Part shown: piece by piece, positions 43,794 to 51,423 of the stretch | Position numbering within the stretch: the first letter of the stretch is position 1 | Layout of the letters: every line of letters begins with the position of its first letter | Source of the DNA: Candidatus Woesearchaeota archaeon | GTDB lineage: Archaea > Nanobdellota > Nanobdellia > Woesearchaeales > GW2011-AR9 | Reading direction: 5' to 3' | Assembly (NCBI GenBank): GCA_018303285.1 | Contig: JAGVYL010000019.1 | Coordinates: forward strand, 1 to 51,423 | Length of the DNA stretch: 51,423 bases | The notes under the pieces: model-generated | Seen by the model: only the letters and a program-made list of their open reading frames with translations | Database searches by the model: none | Told to the model about the DNA's origin: nothing | Made by a program: the position numbers and the translations under genes

Positions 43794-44771
43794 TTAAATT
43801 TTTACTTTATATCCATTGGCATAAACAGTTATTTCTGCCCCCCCTAATTCCTGAGCAGAGGCTAGTTTGCTATCACTAAAAATACCATTCAGCCATTTCA
43901 TCAACAGACCATATAAATCGTAAGTCTGCTCTTCTCCTTCCACTGAAACTGTCCAAGTGCTATCCTCGTTCATCTCACTGCAGACTTGTTTCCCTTTCAA
44001 TTCTGCACAACCTAGACGTGTGACAAAATATTCTCCTTCCTCTAAAGCCGGATGTTTCTTTGTGCTGGACAAAGGACCAGATAAAATCGTGGGAGAAACC
44101 GTAAACAGTTTTCCTTCAAAATTATTGAAAATTTTCTCCTCGCCCATTTCTCCTGCCGGGTCAAGCATGATATTGAAATGATGAGATTTAGATTCCAAAC
44201 TGGATACTTCTTCAAAAGGATAGTTATACGACAAGACTACGGAATCTAGCTTTGCTGTTTCTTCAGGCTGCAGAGTGATAAACCACCCATCTACTCCCAG
44301 TTCATGTTCTTTAGAGTAAAATTCTTTAGCTTCTTCCAAAGCTTTAACTTTTTCTTCAGGAGACAATTCTAAACGCGTTTCCATTTCCTGCAGTTTTTTA
44401 TCCAATATTTCACCGCTTAAGGCCGGCTGCAAATAGATTACCTTCTCTTTCACTGGATACTGTTCTGTTTTACTTCCGTCAGCTGAAATAATCTCTACTG
44501 GCCGCACCGCCTTATCTGCTCGAGTATCCACATAAAGAGAGACTAAAGGATATGCTCCAGCGGATTGATCATTATCAAAATAAATCTGTGCCGGCAGCCT
44601 TGTTTTTACGGTTTCTTCGCCGATATTTTGTATAAAGATAGTAAGATCCATAACCGCTCCCGGTTCTCCCAGCTCGGCAATGTTAATTTCTTGTATAGCT
44701 AAATCTGGCGCAGCCAAGACCAAGTAGCTTAAACCGAACATCATCAAGACCAATAAAGATAGTTTTTTCAT
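43794..44771 (-). CDS. secreted protein with a CARDB-like N-terminal beta-sandwich motif
   Basis: Signal peptide (LSLLVLMMFGLSYLVLA|AP), then DLAIQEINI......MDLTIFIQNIGEETV. Confidence 0.7.
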   Translation of the reverse strand: MKKLSLLVLMMFGLSYLVLAAPDLAIQEINIAELGEPGAVMDLTIFIQNIGEETVKTRLPAQIYFDNDQSAGAYPLVSLYVDTRADKAVRPVEIISADGSKTEQYPVKEKVIYLQPALSGEILDKKLQEMETRLELSPEEKVKALEEAKEFYSKEHELGVDGWFITLQPEETAKLDSVVLSYNYPFEEVSSLESKSHHFNIMLDPAGEMGEEKIFNNFEGKLFTVSPTILSGPLSSTKKHPALEEGEYFVTRLGCAELKGKQVCSEMNEDSTWTVSVEGEEQTYDLYGLLMKWLNGIFSDSKLASAQELGGAEITVYANGYKVKI

Positions 44772-44814
44772 TTTGAATCAGTTAATCTAAAGTATATGTT
44801 CTAGTTTATAAGAG

Positions 44815-45183
44815 TTATGCTTTTTTATCTTCATCTAAAACGTTGAACGATTGTGCATGCCTTCTTAGAAGAGCGTTATTACGCACATCATCTAAAGTAA
44901 GTTCTCTCTTTACCACCCAATATTCCCCACTCGTTGAATCTCTTTGCATATATCCAAAATTGATTAACTCTCTTCTAAGCAAAGTATAATCTTCAAAATA
45001 TTTTTTGAGTATTTCGTTTACTTCTTGTTCTAGATACTTACGACTATCTTTAAATTTTTCAATTAAATACAACAGAATAGCTTGTTTTTCAAAATCATTT
45101 TTCGGAAAATTGTGATGCTTAACAAATTTTTCAAAAAACTTTTTGGTATCAAATGGAAAGATTACTCGACTCATACGTTTCAC
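44815..45183 (-). CDS. small cytoplasmic protein, DUF2087-like
   Basis: QAILLYLIEKF...YLEQEVNEILKKYFEDYTLLRRELINFGYMQRD resembles DUF2087. The GTG start abuts the pheT stop; an alternative ATG is at 45174. Confidence 0.5.
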   Translation of the reverse strand: MKRMSRVIFPFDTKKFFEKFVKHHNFPKNDFEKQAILLYLIEKFKDSRKYLEQEVNEILKKYFEDYTLLRRELINFGYMQRDSTSGEYWVVKRELTLDDVRNNALLRRHAQSFNVLDEDKKA

Positions 45184-46836
45184 CTACAACCCAAACAATT
45201 CCGCCAAATCCATCTCTAATGCACAGGCCGGCATCTCCAAACCCCAAGCCGCTAACACTTCTGGCTTGATTTCCCCCAGATAAGCCACTGGCCGTCCCTT
45301 GGCCATCACTCGGCCTACTCTGCCGGGGATGAAACTGCCGTGCTCTGTCTCTTCGATTGTATACTCCATCCCAATAACACTTAATAAATAATCCAGCACC
45401 TGCTTAATCTCGGTAAAATTAGCCGAAGCATTGCTGCAAACCACTGCCAGACGCAAAGTTTCTTTTGATTTCACTTCTGCTTTCTCATCAAACAAAGTAA
45501 CCTGGCTTATCTCAAAAAGTTTATGGGGATATTCAGCACTTTGATTGTAGGTCAGCGCTTTCATCAATTCCGGCAGCAGCCAGCAGCGCAGCATATTGAT
45601 GCTTCCTTCCACACTTTTTCCCAGCTGGATATGTTTGGCTTCTTTCACTTTCATCTTTTCAAACTGATCTTGCTTTGATGTTAACATCAAGGTAAATGCC
45701 TCCTGATATCCCAATCCTACCAGCAAACCTGCCAGCTCTTCTTTCAGCTTCACTGCAAGAGTAGTCTCTCCAGTTGATTCTACAGATTTCATTCGTAATT
45801 CAAAATCATTAAATCCATAACCTCTGGCTACATCATCTATCAAATCTACTTCATGCCAGATATCAGAACGCAAAGGAGGAACAATCACTTCTAATCTCTC
45901 TTTATTGAAAGATTTCACTTCATACATGCTCTTCTCAAGCAGCTTTTTAATTTTCTCTGCACTTAGTTCTAATCCCAGCAAACGATTGACTTTTTTCACT
46001 TCTAAACCCTGAACTTCTTCTTTGAACTCGGGAGAAACAATCGTCTTTGCCCCATACTTCATCTTTAAGGCAGACGCTTCCCCCCCCATGTCTATCAATG
46101 CTCCCACTAGAATACTCAAAGCCAGATTGATTGTTTTCAATTCAGTGCCTGTGCATTCCACGAAAACATCTTTTGTCGTCTCATCAATCTTTCCCAGCTC
46201 GTGAGAGTTGATGATTGGCGGCATACTTAATATCTGGCCAACCGCATCTTTAAACAGAGGAAATCGTTTCCAATTTTCAATCAGATGCTTATAAGTTCTT
46301 CCAGTTGGATGTCTCTCAAGAATCTGGCTGCCGCTCATTATTTGCTGGCCTTCTAAGGGCTTGAATCTTATTTTTCCTGGCTCTTCAGAAGTATAAGTAA
46401 CTGGAAATTTAATTTTGTTTAAAGGATAAAGCCCCAATCCGCCTTTTCTCCTATTTCGCAAAAGAGTAGCTCCTAATTTTTCTTGTATTCTGATTACTTC
46501 TTTAATCCGCCCGTCATCAAACTTCAATCCTTTGACTACACAAGCAACAGCATACGACCATTCTTTAGCCGCCCCCGTCACATTAACTACCAATCCAGAT
46601 TCTTTCAGTTTATACTTCTCATTCTTCATCCCGAAATATGCTCGGATTGCCCGGGCTAGACCGTAAGTAGAAAGCAGATCCGGCCGCTCGGCCGTGATAT
46701 CCACTCGTAGCTCATCTCCGGTTATTGATTCCAGTTCATAACCCATCTCGAAAAGAGTTTCTTCTAATTCTTTCTCGTTAATCTTCTTTCCCAATAAACT
46801 GTTCAGCAAGGAATATTTTGTTTCAAGTATTACCAT
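45184..46836 (-). CDS. pheT: phenylalanyl-tRNA synthetase beta subunit (archaeal type)
   Basis: Length of 550 aa, B3/4 and B5 regions (RPDLLS..GLARA), and a position directly downstream of pheS. Confidence 0.9.
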   Translation of the reverse strand: MVILETKYSLLNSLLGKKINEKELEETLFEMGYELESITGDELRVDITAERPDLLSTYGLARAIRAYFGMKNEKYKLKESGLVVNVTGAAKEWSYAVACVVKGLKFDDGRIKEVIRIQEKLGATLLRNRRKGGLGLYPLNKIKFPVTYTSEEPGKIRFKPLEGQQIMSGSQILERHPTGRTYKHLIENWKRFPLFKDAVGQILSMPPIINSHELGKIDETTKDVFVECTGTELKTINLALSILVGALIDMGGEASALKMKYGAKTIVSPEFKEEVQGLEVKKVNRLLGLELSAEKIKKLLEKSMYEVKSFNKERLEVIVPPLRSDIWHEVDLIDDVARGYGFNDFELRMKSVESTGETTLAVKLKEELAGLLVGLGYQEAFTLMLTSKQDQFEKMKVKEAKHIQLGKSVEGSINMLRCWLLPELMKALTYNQSAEYPHKLFEISQVTLFDEKAEVKSKETLRLAVVCSNASANFTEIKQVLDYLLSVIGMEYTIEETEHGSFIPGRVGRVMAKGRPVAYLGEIKPEVLAAWGLEMPACALEMDLAELFGL

Positions 46837-46842
46837 TGTTTA

Positions 46843-48390
46843 TTATCCTCTTAGTCCGACTGATTTATGCTGCCTAAACCAGTTCAGGCTGCCTGTCGCC
46901 CCCAGCATATTGCGGATATCTTTCTGCTGATGCAGCATCATTGCCAACCTTTCTATCCCTAATCCCCAAGCAATCACCGGCACATTGATTCCATACGGCT
47001 CCAATGATTCTGGTCGGAAAATGCCGGAATTGATCAGCTCTACCCATTTTCCTAACTGCTCGTTATAACCTAATGCTTCCATTGACGGCTCAGTATAAGG
47101 ATTATAAGTCGGCTTGAATTTTATCTTCTCGATGCCCATACGATGATAAAATTCTTTGATGTAACCCATCAGATCACGCAAAGTTAATCCTTCATCCATG
47201 ATAAATCCCTCGCTTTGGTGGAATTCCGGCAGATGAGTGGCATCAATAGATTCATTGCGGAATATCCGGCCGATGTAAAAATATTTGGCCGGCGGTTTGA
47301 TATTTTTTTCTCCGAAATAACGGAAAGTAGTGGCAGTTGTATGTGTTCTTAACAGCAGCTGCCTGGCCAAAGCCGGACTCCATTTGTATCCATATCCTTT
47401 AGAGCCGCATCTTCCTCCAAACTCATGCTCTTCCGCCACTTTCTTAGACAATTTTTCCGGCAATCTTCCTTCGTATGGCAAGTAAAATGTATCCTGGGCA
47501 TCTCGCGCAGGATGATCCTGGGGAATCCACATCGAATCCATGCACCAGAAAGCTGTTTCCACCAGCGGCCCTTCCATCTCTTTGAAACCCATGTCCAGAA
47601 ATATTCTTCTCACCTGATTGATACTCTCCTGCAGGGGATGTCTTCTTCCTCCGTAAATCTTAGGCACATTGATTTTCACATCATAATGACGGAACTCTTT
47701 TCCTTTCCACGCCTGCATCTTCAGCATTCCCGGAGTCAGAGAGCCGAGAGTATCCTTGTCTTCCATCTTCTGTTCAGTCAGCTGCTTACCGAAATCTGTA
47801 AGAATAATTTTTCTTTCAGTTACATCTTTGGTAGCTAAAACATTTTTTCTTTTCTTCAGCTCTTCATAAGCGTATTTATCTTCATGTATGATAGTGGCCA
47901 TATCAATTGGAAAGTTCTTATGCAGGAATTTCTCTTCCAGCCAGAGTTTTTCTAATAAAGATTTACCGATAGATGTTAGCTTTGCTTTTAACGCTCCGTC
48001 TGTCTGGATTTCAATAGCCGCTTTCTTTTTCAGCAACCCAAGAGAAACTTGTGCTTCTTCATCTGTCAGCATAGCCACTCGTTTGATATCTGATAAAGCC
48101 ACTCCTCCCTCAATGTTCTTCATTGCAAAAAGAAATCTTTTCTCTGGCAGGCCTTCTCGCAGGTATTTCTGGCCGTTGCCGTCCAATTCCACTAGAATCT
48201 TCTGCAGCTTTTCCAGCTTGATTGCTCCCCGGTTTTCCAGCCATTCCAAAGCCCGCATCACTTCCACTTCCTGCAGGCCGCTCAGCTTCACTGCTTCTGG
48301 AAAGGATTTGGCCGATTTAAGAATCAAAATGACTTTTCTCTCTAAAGGATGCAGCTGTTTTAAAGTCTTCTCTAGCTCTTTTTGCTCCAT
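46843..48390 (-). CDS. pheS: phenylalanyl-tRNA synthetase alpha subunit
   Basis: Class II motifs (HPARD.QDTFY, FRNE..D.THL.EFHQ.EG, GLGIERLAM). The ATG at 48390 is preferred to the TTG at 48396. Confidence 0.9.
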   Translation of the reverse strand: MEQKELEKTLKQLHPLERKVILILKSAKSFPEAVKLSGLQEVEVMRALEWLENRGAIKLEKLQKILVELDGNGQKYLREGLPEKRFLFAMKNIEGGVALSDIKRVAMLTDEEAQVSLGLLKKKAAIEIQTDGALKAKLTSIGKSLLEKLWLEEKFLHKNFPIDMATIIHEDKYAYEELKKRKNVLATKDVTERKIILTDFGKQLTEQKMEDKDTLGSLTPGMLKMQAWKGKEFRHYDVKINVPKIYGGRRHPLQESINQVRRIFLDMGFKEMEGPLVETAFWCMDSMWIPQDHPARDAQDTFYLPYEGRLPEKLSKKVAEEHEFGGRCGSKGYGYKWSPALARQLLLRTHTTATTFRYFGEKNIKPPAKYFYIGRIFRNESIDATHLPEFHQSEGFIMDEGLTLRDLMGYIKEFYHRMGIEKIKFKPTYNPYTEPSMEALGYNEQLGKWVELINSGIFRPESLEPYGINVPVIAWGLGIERLAMMLHQQKDIRNMLGATGSLNWFRQHKSVGLRG

Positions 48391-48477
48391 TGTCAAGGAA
48401 GAATAATAAGAAGTTTATAAGGCTTTTTATATTGGAAAAATAAAATAATAAAAAAACTTCTTTCCACTAAGAATTAC

Positions 48478-49737
48478 TCAAACTGTGTCTAAATTGTAGG
48501 GCAAAATAAACCTAACCGATTTGTCCTTTTTTTGTTTAGATAGATTTATTATAACCCCTTCAACTACTTGGGCGTATGATTCAAGAAAAACATTAAGGCT
48601 CTTCTGATTTTCAAGCTTTAATTCTTCTTTAAACTTAACTTCCAGAGGAATACTCTTGCCGTCTTTCTCCAAAATAAAGTCTACTTCATTAAAATTTTTA
48701 TCCTGCCAAAATCTAATCCCTTTATTGCCCCGCTTAAGCAGCTCTGATAAGATAAAACCTTCAAATAAAAATCCCGAATCATTTCGTAACCTCAATTCAT
48801 TGAAATTATTTATAAAATAATTCCTCACCCCATTATCCAAGAAATAAATCTTTGGTATCTTCACTAATTCTTTGTTTTTATTGGTGTAAAATGGCCGGAT
48901 TTCTTTAATCAGGTACGTTTCGAACAGAACTTCGAGGTATTTTTTTATCTCATTAAAACTCAGGGAAGTTATTTTAGAAATTTCTTCATATTTTATCTTT
49001 TGCCCGTTATTTATCGCTAAAAACTCAATTAATTTTTTAACTTCTAAAAGTTTATTGATATTAAGATATTCCACCAGATCTTTTTTTACGTATAAATCAA
49101 AAATACTCTCTAAAACCAATTTTTTTTCTTCAAGGCTATGTTTTAGGGCGACCTCAGGATAACCTCCAAAAATCATAAATTCTTCCATAAATCGCCGGTA
49201 GTCTTTTAGCGATTGATTTAGCTTATCTCCTTTCAATTTGGAAAGGTTCTTCAGATTGCTGGCTAGTTTGTCCTCATTTTTAAAAGTTAAAAATTCTTCA
49301 AAATCTAAGGGAAATATCTCGAGGATTATTTTTCTTCCGGCCAAAGATTCCTGAATTTGATTTTTTATGGCAAGGGAAGACGAGCCGGAGGCAAAGATTT
49401 TGACATTGGGCAGATTATCATACACATTCTTCATAATTTTTGAAACTGCAGAATACCTCTGGAATTCATCCAAGAACAAATAAAAAAATTCTGTTTGCTT
49501 TTCGCTATATCCGTTAATCTTCAGCAGATTTAAAAGACTCTCAAAAGTGCTTATCTTTTCATAATTGCTTAGGATGTCTAAATCCAAAAACAAGCATTTA
49601 TTTTTAAGAGAGAGCTCCTCAGAAAGCATTTTCAGAAGGGTTGTTTTGCCTACCTGCCTCGCTCCGATTAGCAGGGAAATCTTTCTGTCTTTGGCTTGAG
49701 CTTCCAGTTTTTTCAATATTTTTCTCGTCAATGCCAT
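48478..49737 (-). CDS. AAA-type ATPase with DUF4143-like C-terminal domain (second copy)
   Basis: Walker A GARQVGKTT and Walker B LFLDEFQ. Same architecture as 29705-30922. A 9-bp AT-rich palindrome, tctaaaatt/aattttaga, lies at 49740-49768 just upstream. Confidence 0.85.
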   Translation of the reverse strand: MALTRKILKKLEAQAKDRKISLLIGARQVGKTTLLKMLSEELSLKNKCLFLDLDILSNYEKISTFESLLNLLKINGYSEKQTEFFYLFLDEFQRYSAVSKIMKNVYDNLPNVKIFASGSSSLAIKNQIQESLAGRKIILEIFPLDFEEFLTFKNEDKLASNLKNLSKLKGDKLNQSLKDYRRFMEEFMIFGGYPEVALKHSLEEKKLVLESIFDLYVKKDLVEYLNINKLLEVKKLIEFLAINNGQKIKYEEISKITSLSFNEIKKYLEVLFETYLIKEIRPFYTNKNKELVKIPKIYFLDNGVRNYFINNFNELRLRNDSGFLFEGFILSELLKRGNKGIRFWQDKNFNEVDFILEKDGKSIPLEVKFKEELKLENQKSLNVFLESYAQVVEGVIINLSKQKKDKSVRFILPYNLDTV

Positions 49738-49902
49738 ATTCTAAAATTGCTCTTATTTTAATTTTAGATTAATCCAAAACTTATGTATACTAAATTATAG
49801 AATAACTACTATTTAAACCTTTCGGTGTTTTTGTGTAACAAAAGTCCGCCTGCCGTAGTCTTAAGCTTCCATCTCTTAACAATACTCGAATTATTCCCTC
49901 AT

Positions 49903-50478
49903 TCATTTTAACTCCAAAAAGCCGTTTAGCACTATTCCATTAGTGATATTTATTAATACATTCTTGTCGGTCTTTTTGGGATTAAACAAATGTAGTTGGA
50001 TGCTTCTTTTAAAAACTTTCTCAAAACCAGCTAGATCATCTAATCTAACGACTTCGTAATCATCCCGGTGCTCTACGGCAATGTCTATATCTGAGGTTGA
50101 GATGTCTTCCCCTTTTCTAAAGCTACCGAAGAGGATTATTGCCCGGGGATTCTGGTAATAGTCGTTTAGAAAATCTATCAGTCCGCTTTGATAAATCAGA
50201 TTGAGATTATATACAATTTTACTCCTTAAGAACATCTGGCTCTTAAGATTAGCCCTGATTCTCCAGAGATTACTCAAAGTTTCAATGATGATAAGCTCTC
50301 TTTTTTCCAGAAAGCGCAGGAAGCCGCCGGCATTAGATTTTTTAACCCCGCTTAAGCGAGCAGCTTCAGACAAGCTAAACTCCTTATCCGGCATGATAAA
50401 GAAGATTTCTAAAATCCTTTGCAAACTAGACTCCATAAACAACGTACGGTTCCTTTTAATAACTATAAGTTCCTTCAT
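49903..50478 (-). CDS. wHTH plus minimal nucleotidyltransferase (MNT-like) protein
   Basis: The NTase signature ILFGSFRKGEDISTSDIDIAV, preceded by a wHTH-like N-terminal region. Confidence 0.75.
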   Translation of the reverse strand: MKELIVIKRNRTLFMESSLQRILEIFFIMPDKEFSLSEAARLSGVKKSNAGGFLRFLEKRELIIIETLSNLWRIRANLKSQMFLRSKIVYNLNLIYQSGLIDFLNDYYQNPRAIILFGSFRKGEDISTSDIDIAVEHRDDYEVVRLDDLAGFEKVFKRSIQLHLFNPKKTDKNVLINITNGIVLNGFLELK

Positions 50479-50604
50479 ATAACAATAGTTATAATAAAGA
50501 ACTATATAAATCTTCCTATTGGAAATTCTTACGCCCCCGCATGAATCAGTTTACGGCTTCTATACAGAAACATTTTTATTGAAGCCGGCTTTTTCCCTCT
50601 TGGT

Positions 50605-50757
50605 GGGCCCGTAGCTCAGCTTGGTTTTGGGGTATCAACCCAACAAGAATAGAGCACCGGTCTTATACGGCCAGCATCGGTACAACCTAAGTCAGCCGGT
50701 GGTCGGGAGTTCAAAAAGCCAGGAAAAAATGATGGCTGGAAAGTCTCCCCGGGCCCA
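50605..50757 (+). tRNA. tRNA-Ile(UAU) interrupted by three introns (D loop 25 nt, anticodon loop 26 nt, T loop 28 nt)
   Basis: The exons assemble to gggcccg-ta-gctc-agcttgg..ta-gagc-a-ccggt-cuUAUa..a-gccgg-tggtc-gggag-ttcaaa..t-ctccc-cgggccc-a (74 nt), colinear with archaeal tRNA-Ile. The inserts are at 50625-50649, 50668-50693 and 50716-50743, and each can form a hairpin. A T6 run follows at 50760-50765. Confidence 0.75.
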
Positions 50758-50770
50758 CGTTTTTTATCAT

Positions 50771-50848
50771 AAAAATCTGCCGCAGGTGTCCTACTCCGCA
50801 CTAAAGTGAGGAGTTTGTTCGGACACCTGCTTTAACAAGCAGATTTTT
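50771..50848. other. 78-nt nested perfect hairpin
   Basis: Outer stem aaaaatctgc/gcagattttt (10 bp), inner stem gcaggtgtcc/ggacacctgc (10 bp), apical stem actcc/ggagt. Confidence 0.5.
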
Positions 50849-51005
50849 AGGATGCTCAGAAATGCTCATCCTCGCATTAAAGCATCAGAAATTAAAAATT
50901 TCTGAGTGTGCTCAAAAACATAAGTTTTTGACATGCGAGGTTTTCGCAAGCATTTCTGACATAACAAAAGTGACCAAGTTCAGTTTAACAAGAAAAAAGA
51001 TATAT

Positions 51006-51341
51006 CTATTTCTTACTTTTAGCTGCACATACATCTACGGGACAGACTAATTGACAACCCGCAGGGAGATCATAGTTATGATCTTCGTCTGTTCCGCCAG
51101 TAGTTTTTGTAGTAGTCGGAATAATAGTTTTTGTAGTAGTCGGTGTAATAGTCTTAGGAGTTGTACTAATTTTAAGGGTCTTGCAGCCATCTGTTTCAAA
51201 TTTACAGGTATTTGCACATGTTAAACTTCCTCCGCTAAATCCTTTAGTTGCGCAAGTTTGGCTACCCAAAGATGCACCATCACATTCTTCTTTTCCTTCA
51301 AGTTTGTTGTTTCCGCACGTAGCAGTGGGTGGTATGTACAT
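51006..51341 (-). CDS. small Cys-rich protein with a Thr-rich tandem repeat
   Basis: The ATG at 51341 has a perfect SD AAGGAG 6 nt upstream; the ORF-track TTG at 51386 is less likely. CGNNKLEGKEECDG resembles Cys-rich repeat modules. TITPTTTK/TIIPTTTK is encoded by a 24-bp tandem repeat at 51102-51149. Confidence 0.55.
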   Translation of the reverse strand: MYIPPTATCGNNKLEGKEECDGASLGSQTCATKGFSGGSLTCANTCKFETDGCKTLKISTTPKTITPTTTKTIIPTTTKTTGGTDEDHNYDLPAGCQLVCPVDVCAAKSKK

Positions 51342-51423
51342 GGTTATCTCCTTAGCAGAAACACAATCACAACCTGGGCTGTACAAACTAATAAGGTTGG
51401 ATGCAGAATCTCCAAAAGTGAAT

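Noticed and set aside
49903-50478. Complete HEPN-MNT toxin-antitoxin pair
   Set aside because: Only the nucleotidyltransferase component is present. Neither flank has an ORF with an Rx4-6H HEPN motif.
1-51423. CRISPR arrays, rRNA genes, integrase/transposase/reverse-transcriptase genes, and restriction-modification or other named defence systems
   Set aside because: I looked for regularly spaced direct repeats and for characteristic catalytic motifs in all listed ORFs and found none. The only repeats are those reported above.

Overview
AT-rich archaeal chromosomal segment. Gene content and order suggest a small-genome, DPANN-like archaeon, but that taxonomy is inference. The conserved informational backbone is rpl7ae-rps28e-rpl24e-ndk-truD, pelota, RFC small subunit, aEF-2 (interrupted), AsnRS, rpl35ae, DnaG primase, rpl34e-rpl14e, PRPP synthetase and PheRS alpha/beta. 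There are four tRNA genes, three with introns; tRNA-Ile(UAU) appears to carry three. Accessory blocks lie between these: a 1585-aa glycoprotein-like surface protein, an LRR protein, a five-gene surface/lipoprotein cluster (11.4-17.6 kb), an 894-aa orphan flanked by tRNA genes, and a DUF4143-type ATPase cassette bracketed by a perfect 63-bp duplication of the rpl35ae 3' end. The last block is a ten-gene locus (31.1-38.6 kb) of membrane and coiled-coil proteins that I cannot assign to any family; it is my best candidate for an undescribed system. Several small structured or repeat elements are also present: a MITE-like element with a target-site duplication, a tRNA-Glu 3'-end duplication, and nested hairpins. 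I saw no CRISPR array, rRNA, integrase or transposase gene. All calls come from reading the sequence and ORF translations by eye; no searches were run.
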